From: an uncultured virus (IMG/VR IMGVR_UViG_3300042895_000198)
Taxonomy: Duplodnaviria; Heunggongvirae; Uroviricota; Caudoviricetes
Virus record (IMG/VR): IMGVR_UViG_3300042895_000198
Coordinates: 1 to 64,000 of that record
Length of the DNA: 64,000 nucleotides
Strand: one strand, 5' to 3'
The translations under genes were made by a program, and so were the position numbers. The stretch's first letter is position 1. The number at the start of each line of letters is the position of its first letter. Below are positions 1 through 10,657 of the stretch, piece after piece. The notes beneath the pieces were generated by a model. That model was not told where the DNA came from and did no database searches. It saw nothing but the letters and a program-made list of their open reading frames with translations.

Positions 1-1
1 T

Positions 2-961
2 GAAGAAGGCCGTTCAACTTACAAACCACTTGAAGTCCATTGGTCACAAGTACCTGGCCGAGATGCGGCATGGAAAGAAGAAACTGTCCGTAACACCTCT
101 GAAGAACAATTCAGACAAGAGTTTGAAACAGAGTTTATTGGTTCATCTGCAACTCTCATCTCTGGTTCTAAACTCCGTTCTATGGCGTTCTTTAACCCTA
201 TTCACCAAGAAGAAGGTTTGGACATATATGTACAACCAAAACCAGGTCGAATGTACATCGGTACAGTTGACTGTTCGGAGGGTGTTGAACAAGACTATTC
301 TACCATTAATATTATTGATGTAACTGAGGTGCCTTATAAACAGGTTGCTAAATACCGCAATAACAAGTTGCCTCTGTTGTTCTTTCCAACTATCATTTAT
401 TCGCTATGTAAGAAGTATAATGAAGCATATGCTCTCATCGAAACGAATAACGTGGGCCAGCAGGTCGTGGACATTCTCCATTACGATTTGGAGTATGAGA
501 ACATATATAAGCTAGAACACCACCACATCAAAGGGCAGGCAATTTCAGGTGGATTTAAACGTTCAACCTCTTTCGGTATTAAAACAACCAAGACAGTTAA
601 GAAAATTGGTTGTGCCAACTTGAAGACTTTAATTGAAGGTGACAAACTGATTGTCAATGACTTTGATACTATTGCAGAGCTTAATACCTTTGTCAGAGTT
701 CGAGACAGTTATGAGGCAGAAGAAGGCAATAATGATGACTTGGCTATGGGGCTGGTACTATTTGCGTGGTTGGCTGCACAAAATTATTTCAAAGAAGCCA
801 CTAACATTGATATCCGTAGATACATGTTAGAGGAAAGAAATATGCTTGTGGAAGAAGATTTGGTACCAGTGGGAATTATTGATGATGGTCGCAAAGAAGA
901 ATATGTGCATGATGGTGCAGATGTTTGGTCAGAAAAAGGCTATCTATCCTCAAGATTCTAA
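2..961 (+). CDS. gp17: Terminase large subunit, C-terminal nuclease part (5'-truncated by window)
   Basis: Frame open from nt 2 (EEGRSTYKPLEVHWSQVPGRD..EQFRQEFETEF); RNase H-like motifs GTVDCSEG, IETNNVG, NNDDLAM; upstream of gp18. Confidence 0.95.
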   Translation, partial: EEGRSTYKPLEVHWSQVPGRDAAWKEETVRNTSEEQFRQEFETEFIGSSATLISGSKLRSMAFFNPIHQEEGLDIYVQPKPGRMYIGTVDCSEGVEQDYSTINIIDVTEVPYKQVAKYRNNKLPLLFFPTIIYSLCKKYNEAYALIETNNVGQQVVDILHYDLEYENIYKLEHHHIKGQAISGGFKRSTSFGIKTTKTVKKIGCANLKTLIEGDKLIVNDFDTIAELNTFVRVRDSYEAEEGNNDDLAMGLVLFAWLAAQNYFKEATNIDIRRYMLEERNMLVEEDLVPVGIIDDGRKEEYVHDGADVWSEKGYLSSRF

Positions 962-984
962 AAAACTAAATACTACATTAAGTA

Positions 985-992
985 TATAAATA
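985..992 (+). promoter_or_regulatory. T4-type late promoter TATAAATA
   Basis: Exact gp55 -10 consensus upstream of the tail sheath gene; variant ACTAAATA at 965-972. Confidence 0.8.
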
Positions 993-1023
993 CAATTGAC
1001 CCAATAACAAAAAGGAGAAATCC

Positions 1024-2946
1024 ATGGCATTTCAGCTATCACCTGGGGTAAATGTGTCAGAAATCGACCTGACAACAGTAGTCCCATCAGTAGCCACATC
1101 AGTTGGCGCATTTGCAGGTCCGTTTTCGTGGGGTCCAGTCGGTGAAGTCGTTACCATTTCGGATGAGGTTCGCCTCGTTGAACGATTTGGTAAACCAGAC
1201 AGTACAAATTATGAAAACTGGTTCTCAGCCGCAAACTTTCTTGCATATTCTAATAATCTTAAAGTTGTCCGTGCTTCTGGCACTGGTACATTAAACGCTT
1301 CTGCTAACGGCGCTGGCGTATTGATTAAAAATGAAGACGATTATACAGACAATTATTCTACAGCAAACACATCACTTGGACCAGTAGCAGCACGTTATGC
1401 TGGTGCATTTGGTAACAGTCTTCGTGTTTCTATTTGCCCATCACCTGCGGCATTTTCTTCTAACTTGACCGTTACAGACTCTATGAGAGCTAACGCTCTT
1501 AACACTTTGGTTGATAACCAATTTGTTATTAATGTTAATGGTACTGCTAACGCAGCTGCAAACGTTCAAGCTGGTGACCAAATTTCAGTTGATGCTGGAG
1601 TATCTTATATTCGTGTTGCTTCTGTTAATGCAACTGCGATTGTTGTTGCATCTGCTTTGACTGCTAACGTTGCCGTTAATACTGCTATTCTTCGTAGATG
1701 GCAATATGCTGACCAGTTTGGTGTTGCACCAGGTACTTCTGACTACGCTACAGCAGCCGGTGGTTCTAATGACGAATTGCACGTTATTGTTGTTGATGAA
1801 GATGGTAAGTTCTCTAATGGTATTGCTAATACAGTCCTTGAGAAGTTTGGTTTTGTTTCTAAAGCATCTGATGCTAAGACAAACGATGGTTCTTCCAACT
1901 ACTATGTTAACGCATTGAATGACCGTTCACGTTATGTATGGTGGACTTCACATATTTCTGGTAACTCAAGTTGGGGTAGCGCTGCTGCAGGCACAACATT
2001 TGATGCCGCAAACGGTACAAGAAACCCAGTTTATGCTTCTCTTGCAGGTGGTGCTGATGGTACTATTACTGCTGCTAGTACAATTACTGCATACGGACTG
2101 TTTGTTAATCCAGATTCCGTTGATATTTCATTAGTTGTTTCTGGTAGTGCTGATGCTACTGTTGAGGCATACTTGATTTCAAGTCTTGCTGAAGTGCGTA
2201 AAGACTGCTTGGTGTTCTTGTCACCATCTAAAGCTTCTGTTGTAGATAACGCTGGTTCAGAATTGACTTCAGTAATTGCTTACCGTGATGCATTGACTTC
2301 AACTTCATATGCAGTTATGGACTCTGGTTACAAATACCAATTCGACAAGTACAATGACGTATACCGCTGGGTTCCATTGAATGGTGACATTGCAGGTATC
2401 TGTGCTCGTACAGACCTAGAGCGTGACCCATGGTTCTCTCCAGGTGGTGTTAACCGTGGTATCGTTAAGAACGTTATCAAATTGGCATGGAATCCAACTA
2501 AGGCTGAACGTGATAGCTTGTATGTTAAAGGCGTTAACCCAGTTGTTACATTCCCAGGTGAAGGTACTATCTTGTTTGGTGACAAGACAATGTTGGCTCG
2601 TCCATCAGTATTTGACCGAATCAATGTTCGCCGTTTGTTCGTTGTGCTTGAAAAGTCTATTGCTCGTGCAGCTCGTTCTTCAATGTTCGAATTCAACGAC
2701 CAATTCACAAGAGCTCAGTTTGTAAACTTGGTTGAACCATACCTCCGTGATATTCAGGGTCGCCGTGGTATTACTGACTTCCGTGTTGTTTGTGATGAAA
2801 CAAATAACACAGCAAACGTAATTGATTCAAACCAATTCGTTGGCGATATCTATATTAAACCTGCCCGTTCAATTAACTTTATTCAACTTAACTTTGTTGC
2901 AGTTCGCACAGGCGTTACATTTGAAGAAGTTGTTGGCCGCTTCTAA
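1024..2946 (+). CDS. gp18: Tail sheath protein
   Basis: N-term LSPGVNVSEIDLT; C-term PWFSPGG, FDRINVRRLF, KPARSINFIQLNFVAVRTGV. Confidence 0.97.
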   Translation: MAFQLSPGVNVSEIDLTTVVPSVATSVGAFAGPFSWGPVGEVVTISDEVRLVERFGKPDSTNYENWFSAANFLAYSNNLKVVRASGTGTLNASANGAGVLIKNEDDYTDNYSTANTSLGPVAARYAGAFGNSLRVSICPSPAAFSSNLTVTDSMRANALNTLVDNQFVINVNGTANAAANVQAGDQISVDAGVSYIRVASVNATAIVVASALTANVAVNTAILRRWQYADQFGVAPGTSDYATAAGGSNDELHVIVVDEDGKFSNGIANTVLEKFGFVSKASDAKTNDGSSNYYVNALNDRSRYVWWTSHISGNSSWGSAAAGTTFDAANGTRNPVYASLAGGADGTITAASTITAYGLFVNPDSVDISLVVSGSADATVEAYLISSLAEVRKDCLVFLSPSKASVVDNAGSELTSVIAYRDALTSTSYAVMDSGYKYQFDKYNDVYRWVPLNGDIAGICARTDLERDPWFSPGGVNRGIVKNVIKLAWNPTKAERDSLYVKGVNPVVTFPGEGTILFGDKTMLARPSVFDRINVRRLFVVLEKSIARAARSSMFEFNDQFTRAQFVNLVEPYLRDIQGRRGITDFRVVCDETNNTANVIDSNQFVGDIYIKPARSINFIQLNFVAVRTGVTFEEVVGRF

Positions 2947-2972
2947 TAAATAGAGAAACAGGAGAATATTAA

Positions 2973-3518
2973 ATGGCTTTTAATGTAAACGAATTCCGCT
3001 CACAGTTAACTGGAGACGGTGCCCGTCCAAATTTATTTGAAGTTTCGTTGCCGTTCCCTGCGTTCTCTGTTCCAGGAAACGCACAAGCAAAAACAACTTT
3101 CATGTGTAAATCAGCACAATTGCCTGGCTCAACGCTAGGTGTTGTGCCTATGAATTACTTTGGTAGAGAGTTGAAGTTTGTAGGTAACAGAACTTTCGCA
3201 GATTGGACAATCACAATTATCAATGATGAAGATTTCGTCATTCGTAATGCTTTCGAACGCTGGATGGCTGGTATCAATTCACATGGTACTAATGTCCGTA
3301 ACCCAGCTGCTTTGACACCAGGCGGTTATACTGTAGATGGTACAGTTACACAGTATGGTAAAAAAGGCGACTCTCTGAAGAAGTACAAGTTTATTGGCTT
3401 GTTCCCTTCAGACATTACTCCAATCGATGTTGATTGGGGTTCTAATGATACGATTGAGGAGTTTTCCGTGTCTCTCACCTATCAATGGTGGGAATCAGTA
3501 TCAGACAATGTGATTTAA
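2973..3518 (+). CDS. gp19: Tail tube protein
   Basis: GARPNLFEV, GRELKFVGNRTFADWTIT, IEEFSVSLTYQWW; synteny. Confidence 0.95.
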   Translation: MAFNVNEFRSQLTGDGARPNLFEVSLPFPAFSVPGNAQAKTTFMCKSAQLPGSTLGVVPMNYFGRELKFVGNRTFADWTITIINDEDFVIRNAFERWMAGINSHGTNVRNPAALTPGGYTVDGTVTQYGKKGDSLKKYKFIGLFPSDITPIDVDWGSNDTIEEFSVSLTYQWWESVSDNVI

Positions 3519-3549
3519 GGAGAAGGACTTCGGTCCTTTTCCATTTTTT
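3519..3549 (+). terminator. Rho-independent terminator
   Basis: GGAGAAGGAC-TTCG-GTCCTTTTCC hairpin with UUCG loop followed by a T run. Confidence 0.8.
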
Positions 3550-3563
3550 AGAATGGATATAAT

Positions 3564-5222
3564 ATGGCAATAAAATTATTCGGGTTTACACTCGGAGAAA
3601 AGGACATTGTTCAGGAACAAAAACCTGAACAAGCTTCCTTTACGCTTCCAACAAGTGCAATGGATGATGGTGCAGTTACCATTACCCAGAATGCTTACTA
3701 TGGAACATACGTAGATTTAGAAGGTGCAGTTCGTAATGAACTGGAACTAATTACCCGCTATCGTGAGATGGCAAACCACCCTGAGTTAGAAATGGCCATT
3801 GATGATATCGTCAATGAAGCTATCACTCATGATGTTACTGGTCGTACTGTTGACATTGTTTTAGATAAACTAAAGCAACCAGAATCAATTAAGAAAAAGA
3901 TTATTGAAGAATTCAATACTGTTCTTAAACTTTTAAACTTCAATAACCTTTCTGATGACTTGTTCAAACGTTGGTATATTGATGGTAGAATTTATTACCA
4001 TGTTGTGGTCGATGAGAGTCAACCTAAACAAGGTATCCAAGAGTTAAGATATATTGATCCACGTAAGATTCGTAAAGTACGTGAGATTAAAAAAGATAGA
4101 GACCCTAAAACAGGTACTCAAATTATTAAGTCTATTGCCGAATACTATGTCTATAATGACAAGGGTACTACGACACAACAATATAGCGCACAAGTATCTC
4201 AAGGTATTCGTATTGCGCCTGAGTCCATTCTAAATGTGACTTCTGGTTTGATGGATGCTAAGAATACATTTGTGATTTCTTATTTACATAAGGCTATTAA
4301 GCCTCTGAATCAGTTGCGTATGATTGAAGATGCGGTTGTTATTTACCGTATTTCAAGAGCACCTGAACGCCGCATTTTCTACATTGACGTTGGTAACTTA
4401 CCAAAAGGTAAGGCTGAACAATACTTGCGTGATGTTATGGTTAAGTATCGTAACAAGATGGTGTATGATGCTCAGACTGGTGAGTTGCGTGATGACCGTA
4501 AACACATGTCTATGCTTGAAGACTTCTGGTTGCCTCGCCGTGAAGGTGGTAAAGGTACAGAGATTACTACACTACCTGCTGGCCAAAACCTTGGTGAGTT
4601 GGAAGATGTTAAGTATTTCAGACAGAAACTTCTTCAGTCATTGAATGTGCCTATCAGCCGTTTAGAACCACAACAAGGTGGTATGATTGGTGTTGGTCGT
4701 ACAACAGAAGTTACCCGTGATGAAGTTAAGTTCACTAAGTTTATTATTAGATTGCGTAATAAATTCTCTCAAATCTTTGACCATGCTTTGCGAACACAGT
4801 TGGTACTGAAAGGTATCTGTACTGCTGACGAATGGGATGAATTCAGAGAAGTAATCTATTATGATTACAAGAAAGATAATAACTTTACCGAAATGCGTGA
4901 TGCAGAGTTGTTGCAAACTAGAGTACAACTGTTGCAAGTGGTTGACCCATATATTGGTCGTTACTACTCCGCTGATTGGGTTAGAAGAAACATTCTACAA
5001 ATGTCTGATGAAACCATTGATGAAATGGACAAACAGATTGCTGTAGAAGAAAAAGATGGAACTGGCGGACCGACAATGCCTATTCCTGGCCAAGAACAAC
5101 AGGCCACTAATGAAGATTATCCTCCAGAGGATAATACAATTGATGATAAATCCGCAGAATCTAAAACACCAACTTTAGATGCTGAAGTGGATAAATTTTC
5201 ATCGAGACTAAATAGAAAATAA
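3564..5222 (+). CDS. gp20: Portal vertex protein
   Basis: RAPERRIFYIDVGNLPKGKAEQYL, MLEDFWLPRREGGKGTEITTLP. Confidence 0.97.
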   Translation: MAIKLFGFTLGEKDIVQEQKPEQASFTLPTSAMDDGAVTITQNAYYGTYVDLEGAVRNELELITRYREMANHPELEMAIDDIVNEAITHDVTGRTVDIVLDKLKQPESIKKKIIEEFNTVLKLLNFNNLSDDLFKRWYIDGRIYYHVVVDESQPKQGIQELRYIDPRKIRKVREIKKDRDPKTGTQIIKSIAEYYVYNDKGTTTQQYSAQVSQGIRIAPESILNVTSGLMDAKNTFVISYLHKAIKPLNQLRMIEDAVVIYRISRAPERRIFYIDVGNLPKGKAEQYLRDVMVKYRNKMVYDAQTGELRDDRKHMSMLEDFWLPRREGGKGTEITTLPAGQNLGELEDVKYFRQKLLQSLNVPISRLEPQQGGMIGVGRTTEVTRDEVKFTKFIIRLRNKFSQIFDHALRTQLVLKGICTADEWDEFREVIYYDYKKDNNFTEMRDAELLQTRVQLLQVVDPYIGRYYSADWVRRNILQMSDETIDEMDKQIAVEEKDGTGGPTMPIPGQEQQATNEDYPPEDNTIDDKSAESKTPTLDAEVDKFSSRLNRK

Positions 5223-5233
5223 TGGAGATTAAA

Positions 5234-5416
5234 ATGGAAGTTCAAGATTTTATTAATAGTGTTGCCACAGGCAATGCATCTGAAGCAAAAGACACTTTGA
5301 ATGATTTGCTATCAGCACGAGCCTTTGATGCTTTGGCAGCAAAGAAAATTGAAATTGCTCAATCTTTGTTCAATGATAAGCAAGCAGAGACACCAGAAAC
5401 TACAGAAGCAGAATGA
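5234..5416 (+). CDS. Small prohead core protein (gp67-like)
   Basis: Small acidic ORF directly after the portal gene; GGAG RBS and late-promoter variant ACTAAATA at 5207-5214; alternative start 5222. Confidence 0.6.
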   Translation: MEVQDFINSVATGNASEAKDTLNDLLSARAFDALAAKKIEIAQSLFNDKQAETPETTEAE

Positions 5417-6192
5417 AATCGTTAAACGAATTTAAGTCTATTGTTGAAGAAGAAAAGTCGGACTATTCCAAGTTCGATGTTTTAGTTCGTGCTGGTCTGG
5501 CCAATAAGGCACAGATGCAACGAATTCATGCCGTGTTGGATAAAATGAAAGAAGAAAGACCTACTTTCAATAATGCAGACCGCATGATTGTCCAAAACCT
5601 TTTCAATAAAATGGTAGACTTAATTTCGAATAACAAACAGATTAACCAACAAGCTCGCCGTTCAATTAAAGAAGTTACTGACGTAATTGACACGGCAGAC
5701 TTTAAGGTTAGTCCAAGTGGTCGTAAATTAAAAGCACACAAGGTTGAATTTGATACTGAAGTTAAAGAGTCTATTCAACTTGAAGGTGTAGATACACCAC
5801 GTGACCCTCCTGCTGTTCTTGTACTAAAGCGCAAATCTATTCGTATGTATCCAGACAATACTAGAATTGCCCTTTATTATAACAATACATTGGACAAATA
5901 CTTTTCGATCCCTTATGGACCAAAAATTGATGCACCAATCCAATCTGAAGAAACTCAGATTCAAGAATCAGTTATGGATGCTTTGCATAGAATTGTAAAG
6001 ACCAAACAACACGAACCAGTTCAATTTGCCGATGGTACAAAGATGAAAGTTGACCACTATACTGCGTCAGCAATTACTCAAGTACATAAAGCTTTGAACG
6101 ATGATAATAAAAAGAAGTATGAGTCGATGGTAAATAAGTCTAAAGAACATTTAGGCCGTGCTTCTGATTTTGCATTTAGGCATATGAAATGA
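5413..6192 (+). CDS. Hypothetical head-module protein, possibly internal
   Basis: Coupled ORF in the head cluster; N-terminus MKSLNEFKSIVEE resembles a capsid-targeting sequence. Confidence 0.6.
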   Translation: MKSLNEFKSIVEEEKSDYSKFDVLVRAGLANKAQMQRIHAVLDKMKEERPTFNNADRMIVQNLFNKMVDLISNNKQINQQARRSIKEVTDVIDTADFKVSPSGRKLKAHKVEFDTEVKESIQLEGVDTPRDPPAVLVLKRKSIRMYPDNTRIALYYNNTLDKYFSIPYGPKIDAPIQSEETQIQESVMDALHRIVKTKQHEPVQFADGTKMKVDHYTASAITQVHKALNDDNKKKYESMVNKSKEHLGRASDFAFRHMK

Positions 6193-6623
6193 CCTTTGTG
6201 GAATCTATTATACATAGAAAGTTGGATGAAGCAAGAGAAACAATTCATGCTCGTCTTAATGAAATCGTGTCTCAACGTCTTGAAGAAGCAAAGCGTTATA
6301 TTGCAGCCGACATGTTTGAAGAAGTTATTTTAGATGAAGCAAGTTCAAACATTATTAAAATGGGTAGAATTCAAAAGATTCGCCGTAGAATTAGAAGAAA
6401 TGCTAAAGGTCGTATTGTCGTTCAAAAGAATGTTAAACGTTCAGGCATTAAAGGTTACAGAATTTCGGGCAATACACTTAAACGTATATCTGCTACATCA
6501 CGCCTTCATAAAGCGAGAATGTTAAAGCGTTCTTGGAAAACAACACGTAAAGCTAAATTGCGCCGTTCATTGTTAAAAAGAAAAATGTCAATGCGTAGGC
6601 GCTCATCCATGGGAATAAAATAA
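6189..6623 (+). CDS. Prohead core protein (gp68-like)
   Basis: Acidic N-terminus and very basic C-terminus (RRSLLKRKMSMRRRSSMG); position before gp21. Confidence 0.65.
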   Translation: MTFVESIIHRKLDEARETIHARLNEIVSQRLEEAKRYIAADMFEEVILDEASSNIIKMGRIQKIRRRIRRNAKGRIVVQKNVKRSGIKGYRISGNTLKRISATSRLHKARMLKRSWKTTRKAKLRRSLLKRKMSMRRRSSMGIK

Positions 6624-6624
6624 A

Positions 6625-6981
6625 ATGGCACTAGAAGTTACAAACTCACTAAGAGGTCCATCTGTTATCAGATGCGTTGAACCTGGAACATACACTATCA
6701 ATCTTACAGATTTGAGAAAAAATACAGTTATAGAAACAGTAACATCTGCCGATATTAAGCGTGTTACATGGTCAACGAATGGCAGTATTACTATTGTTCG
6801 TAATATTACTCCAGTCTTGTCACTACAAGGTTCTGGTGAAATGAGATTTGATGAATTTGGCCACTCGATTGCAAATAACAATACAGCTAATGTTGTTGTT
6901 ACGATTGCAACTGGCGGCACTTTGGTTATGGAATTAAGTAAGCAAGCTACATTCTCTGTAGATGTTAATACTGGAGCATAA
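6625..6981 (+). CDS. Hypothetical virion protein
   Basis: Beta-rich 118-aa ORF in the head operon. Confidence 0.6.
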   Translation: MALEVTNSLRGPSVIRCVEPGTYTINLTDLRKNTVIETVTSADIKRVTWSTNGSITIVRNITPVLSLQGSGEMRFDEFGHSIANNNTANVVVTIATGGTLVMELSKQATFSVDVNTGA

Positions 6982-6985
6982 CCCA

Positions 6986-7636
6986 ATGAAATTAATTACC
7001 GAAACAATTGAAAGTGTTAAGTACCTATCAGAAGCTTCTGAGAATGGTAAAAAACACTTGTACATTGAAGGCACATTCCTAGTTGGCGATAAAGTAAATC
7101 GTAACAATAGAATGTATAAAATGAACACGTTACGTGAAGAAGTAAAGAGATATAATGAAGAATACATTAAAACAAACCGTGCTTTAGGTGAACTAGGCCA
7201 CCCTGACACACCATCTATTAACTTAGAACGTGTGTCACATAAGATTGTGTCCTTAGATGAAGATGGCAACACCTTCTATGGTAAAGCATTAATTCTAGAA
7301 ACTCCTTACGGTCAAATCGTAAAGAATTTTATTGAGAACAATATTCAAGTTGGAGTGTCATCGAGAGCTATGGGTTCTGTTGTGCAAACAAGAGAAGGAT
7401 ACAACCTAGTTCAAGACGACCTTAAACTTGCCACGGCAGCTGACATTGTTGCCGACCCATCAGCCCCTGGCGCTTTCGTCAATGGTATTATGGAGAATAA
7501 AGAATGGATGTTTGTTGAAGGCCGTTTCGTAGAAATGGACTTTGATGATGCTAAAAAACAAATAAGAGCGGCTTCTTCCAAACAAATAGAGGAAGTTGCG
7601 CTAAAATTATTTGAAAATTACTTACGAAAACTTTAA
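6986..7636 (+). CDS. gp21: Prohead core protease
   Basis: MKLITE start; ALGELGHP, GVSSRAMGS, DIVADPSAPGAFV. Confidence 0.95.
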   Translation: MKLITETIESVKYLSEASENGKKHLYIEGTFLVGDKVNRNNRMYKMNTLREEVKRYNEEYIKTNRALGELGHPDTPSINLERVSHKIVSLDEDGNTFYGKALILETPYGQIVKNFIENNIQVGVSSRAMGSVVQTREGYNLVQDDLKLATAADIVADPSAPGAFVNGIMENKEWMFVEGRFVEMDFDDAKKQIRAASSKQIEEVALKLFENYLRKL

Positions 7637-7639
7637 TTT

Positions 7640-7647
7640 TATAAATA
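7640..7647 (+). promoter_or_regulatory. T4-type late promoter TATAAATA
   Basis: Exact consensus upstream of gp22. Confidence 0.85.
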
Positions 7648-7669
7648 AGAAATCAAAAGGAGATTCCTA

Positions 7670-8668
7670 ATGGCAAACAGTAAACTAATGGAAGCCGCAG
7701 CCGATATTCTTGCAGGAAGCAAGAAGACAGCCTCAAGCATGCCAGCCCAAAAACTGCCTGGTGAGGTTCAAGACCTCGGTGGCCCAACTAATACAGATGC
7801 TCATCCAATGGGTGACTCTGAGAAGATTGATGCTACCAAAGGTGCTAAGAGCGCTACACCACCAGCTACAAAACCATCAGCAGCTTCTGCTGACACTCAG
7901 AACAAGCCAGTTGGTGGCAAAAAAACTATGAGTGAAGAAGAAATAACACATGACATGAATTCGTTGTTCTCAGATGACGATACCATTTCAGAAGATTTTA
8001 AATCCAAAGCTGCAACAATTTTTGAAGCTCGTGTCTTTGACCGTGTATCTCAAATTGAAGAAGAAACAGAAGAACGATATGCCGGCATGCTTGAAGAAGC
8101 AGTTGAGACTATCAAGGCCGACTTGACCGAAAAGGTTGATGACTACCTTTCTTATGTTGTTGAGCAATGGATGGCAGACAATGAAATTGCAGTTGAATCC
8201 GGTCTTCGTGCCGAATTGACTGAAGACTTCATTGGCGGCTTGAAGAATTTGTTCACAGAACATTACATCGATGTTCCTGCTGACAAAGTGGACCTAGTTG
8301 AAGAACTTTCTACTAAAGTGGAAGAACTAGAGTCTAAACTTAATGAAGAAATTGAAACAGGTATTCAATTGAAGAAATCGCTCATTGAATCCCATAAAGC
8401 AGAAATTGCACATGAAGTCTGTGATGGACTTGCAGCTACTCAAGCTGAAAAAGTAAAAGCACTTGCAGAGAGTGTTGATTTTTCTACAGAGGAAGAATAC
8501 AAAGAAAAGCTTGAGACAATCCGTGAGAACTATTTCCCATCTGGCACTAAAAAGGCTGATGTGAGAGACCTACATGAGCAAGTAGAAGATGGTAGCGAGA
8601 AACAAGTAACCGCTGCTGATCCATACGTTGCTTCTGTCATGCAAGCAATTTCGAAAACTAAAATTTAA
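7670..8668 (+). CDS. gp22: Prohead core scaffold protein
   Basis: FKSKAATIFEA, KVDDYLSYVVEQWM, acidic coiled coil; between gp21 and gp23. Confidence 0.93.
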   Translation: MANSKLMEAAADILAGSKKTASSMPAQKLPGEVQDLGGPTNTDAHPMGDSEKIDATKGAKSATPPATKPSAASADTQNKPVGGKKTMSEEEITHDMNSLFSDDDTISEDFKSKAATIFEARVFDRVSQIEEETEERYAGMLEEAVETIKADLTEKVDDYLSYVVEQWMADNEIAVESGLRAELTEDFIGGLKNLFTEHYIDVPADKVDLVEELSTKVEELESKLNEEIETGIQLKKSLIESHKAEIAHEVCDGLAATQAEKVKALAESVDFSTEEEYKEKLETIRENYFPSGTKKADVRDLHEQVEDGSEKQVTAADPYVASVMQAISKTKI

Positions 8669-8694
8669 TTAAACAAATCCACAAGGAGAATTAT

Positions 8695-10035
8695 ATGTAT
8701 TTGTCAGAAAGTCTACAAAAGAAATGGGAAGGCGTACTGGAGCACCCAGACCTCCCAGCTATTAAAGATCCATACCGTAAGGCCGTTACTGCTGTCGTGC
8801 TTGAGAACCAAGCCGTTGAAATGCAGAAATCTGCTGGTATGTTGTATGAAACAGCACCAACGAACTCTATGGGTTCTACAAACGGTGGTTTCCAAGGCGG
8901 TTCAGCTGCTGCAGGTCCTGTTGCCGGTTTCGATCCAATCCTTATCAGCTTGGTTCGCCGTTCATTGCCTAACCTGATTGCTTATGATATCTGCGGCGTT
9001 CAGCCAATGACTGGACCTACAGGTCTTATCTTCGCAATGCGTACTAAGTATGCAGGTCAATCCGGTACTGAAGCCTTCTTCAACGAAGCTAACACTGGTT
9101 TCTCTGGTTTGGGTACCTCTGGTAACCAAGCATTTGCAGAAGGCACATTGCCAACAGAAATCTTCACAGGTAATGCCGCTGCTGTTGGTGCTATGTCAAC
9201 AGCTCGTGCTGAAGCCTTGGGTGATGGCGCTGCTGCTAACGCATTCCAAGAAATGGCATTCTCTATTGAGAAAGTTACTGTTACTGCAAAGACTCGTGCT
9301 TTGAAGGCAGAATACTCAATGGAACTTGCACAAGACTTGAAAGCAGTCCACGGTTTGGACGCAGAAACAGAATTGGCAAACATCTTGTCTTCTGAAATTC
9401 TTGCTGAAATTAACCGTGAAGTGGTTCGTACAGTTTATGCATCTGCTAAAATCGGTGCACAAGTTGGTACAACTACTGCTGGTGTGTTCAACCTTGACAC
9501 AGACTCTAATGGTCGTTGGATGGTCGAAAAAGTTAAAGGTTTGGCATTCCAAATCGAGCGTGAAGCTAATACTATTGCCAAGACTACTCGTAGAGGCAAA
9601 GGTAACATCATGATTTGTTCATCTGATGTTGCTTCCGCTTTGGCAATGGCTGGTATCCTTGATTATCAATCTGCTCTCAGCTCACAAGTTAGCTTGACAG
9701 TTGATGACACAGGTAACACATTCGCTGGTACCATCTTCGGTCGTATCAAGGTCTATATTGACCCATACTTCCCAGCTAACTTCTCTAGCGAATTCGCTGT
9801 TGTTGGTTACAAAGGTACTAATGCCTATGACGCTGGTCTGTTCTACTGCCCATACGTACCGTTGCAAATGGTTCGTGCAGTTGATACGGGTACATTCCAA
9901 CCAAAAATTGGTTTCAAAACTCGTTACGGATTGGTTGCAAACCCATTCGCAGAAGGTACTAACCAAGGTTTGGGTGCATTGAACACTCAAGCTAACAACT
10001 ACTACCGTGCATTCCGCATCAGCAACTTGATGTAA
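8695..10035 (+). CDS. gp23: Major capsid protein
   Basis: GVQPMTGPTGLIFAMR, KTRALKAEYSMELAQDLKAVHGLDAE, FQPKIGFKTRYG. Confidence 0.98.
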   Translation: MYLSESLQKKWEGVLEHPDLPAIKDPYRKAVTAVVLENQAVEMQKSAGMLYETAPTNSMGSTNGGFQGGSAAAGPVAGFDPILISLVRRSLPNLIAYDICGVQPMTGPTGLIFAMRTKYAGQSGTEAFFNEANTGFSGLGTSGNQAFAEGTLPTEIFTGNAAAVGAMSTARAEALGDGAAANAFQEMAFSIEKVTVTAKTRALKAEYSMELAQDLKAVHGLDAETELANILSSEILAEINREVVRTVYASAKIGAQVGTTTAGVFNLDTDSNGRWMVEKVKGLAFQIEREANTIAKTTRRGKGNIMICSSDVASALAMAGILDYQSALSSQVSLTVDDTGNTFAGTIFGRIKVYIDPYFPANFSSEFAVVGYKGTNAYDAGLFYCPYVPLQMVRAVDTGTFQPKIGFKTRYGLVANPFAEGTNQGLGALNTQANNYYRAFRISNLM

Positions 10036-10062
10036 TCTAAACCTCCGTTAAGAGAGGTACTT

Positions 10063-10094
10063 AAAAGAGGGACAGAAATGTTCCTCTTTTTTTT
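10063..10094 (+). terminator. Rho-independent terminator after gp23
   Basis: AAAAGAGGGACA-GAAA-TGTTCCTCTTTT followed by a T tract. Confidence 0.85.
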
Positions 10095-10098
10095 GCTT

Positions 10099-10106
10099 TA
10101 TAAATA
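10099..10106 (+). promoter_or_regulatory. T4-type late promoter TATAAATA
   Basis: Exact consensus ending 5 nt before the gp3 ATG. Confidence 0.8.
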
Positions 10107-10111
10107 ACCAT

Positions 10112-10651
10112 ATGACAGCAATAACAAGAGCCCCAACTAATCCAAACTTTCTTCAACCGAATAAGTTTCAGTTGAACTTCTCACGCACACCTAATGTACA
10201 ATACTTTGTGCAATCACTAGGCGTACCTGGTATATCATTGTCTGAAATCCCTACGACCAATCCTTTCCTTGACATATTCTCACCGGGCGAAAAGGCCATT
10301 TATGATTTGTTAAGTGTTACCTTTTTGATTGATGAGGAAATGAAATCGTGGTTGGAGATACACGATTGGATCCGTGCAATGACCTTCCCTAAAGAGTTTG
10401 AAGAATACCAAAAGTTGCCTAGACTTAATAAGTATGCGAGTATGGCTAATCAAAAAATGCCACAATTCTCTGATGCAACTATTACCTTGTTGTCTTCAAG
10501 TAATAAACCTTATTACAGGTTTAAATTCCATGATGTTTTCCCAACATCTATTTCTACCTTTGTTATGGCGGCAACTGATGACCCATCCAACCCAATGACG
10601 GCCGATGCCACATTCAGGTATAGTTATTACGATATTGAAAAACTATACTAA
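10112..10651 (+). CDS. gp3: Tail completion / sheath stabilizer protein
   Basis: NPNFLQPNKFQL, FLIDEEMKSWLEIHDWI, SDATITLL, FPTSIS. Confidence 0.85.
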   Translation: MTAITRAPTNPNFLQPNKFQLNFSRTPNVQYFVQSLGVPGISLSEIPTTNPFLDIFSPGEKAIYDLLSVTFLIDEEMKSWLEIHDWIRAMTFPKEFEEYQKLPRLNKYASMANQKMPQFSDATITLLSSSNKPYYRFKFHDVFPTSISTFVMAATDDPSNPMTADATFRYSYYDIEKLY

Positions 10652-10657
10652 AAACAC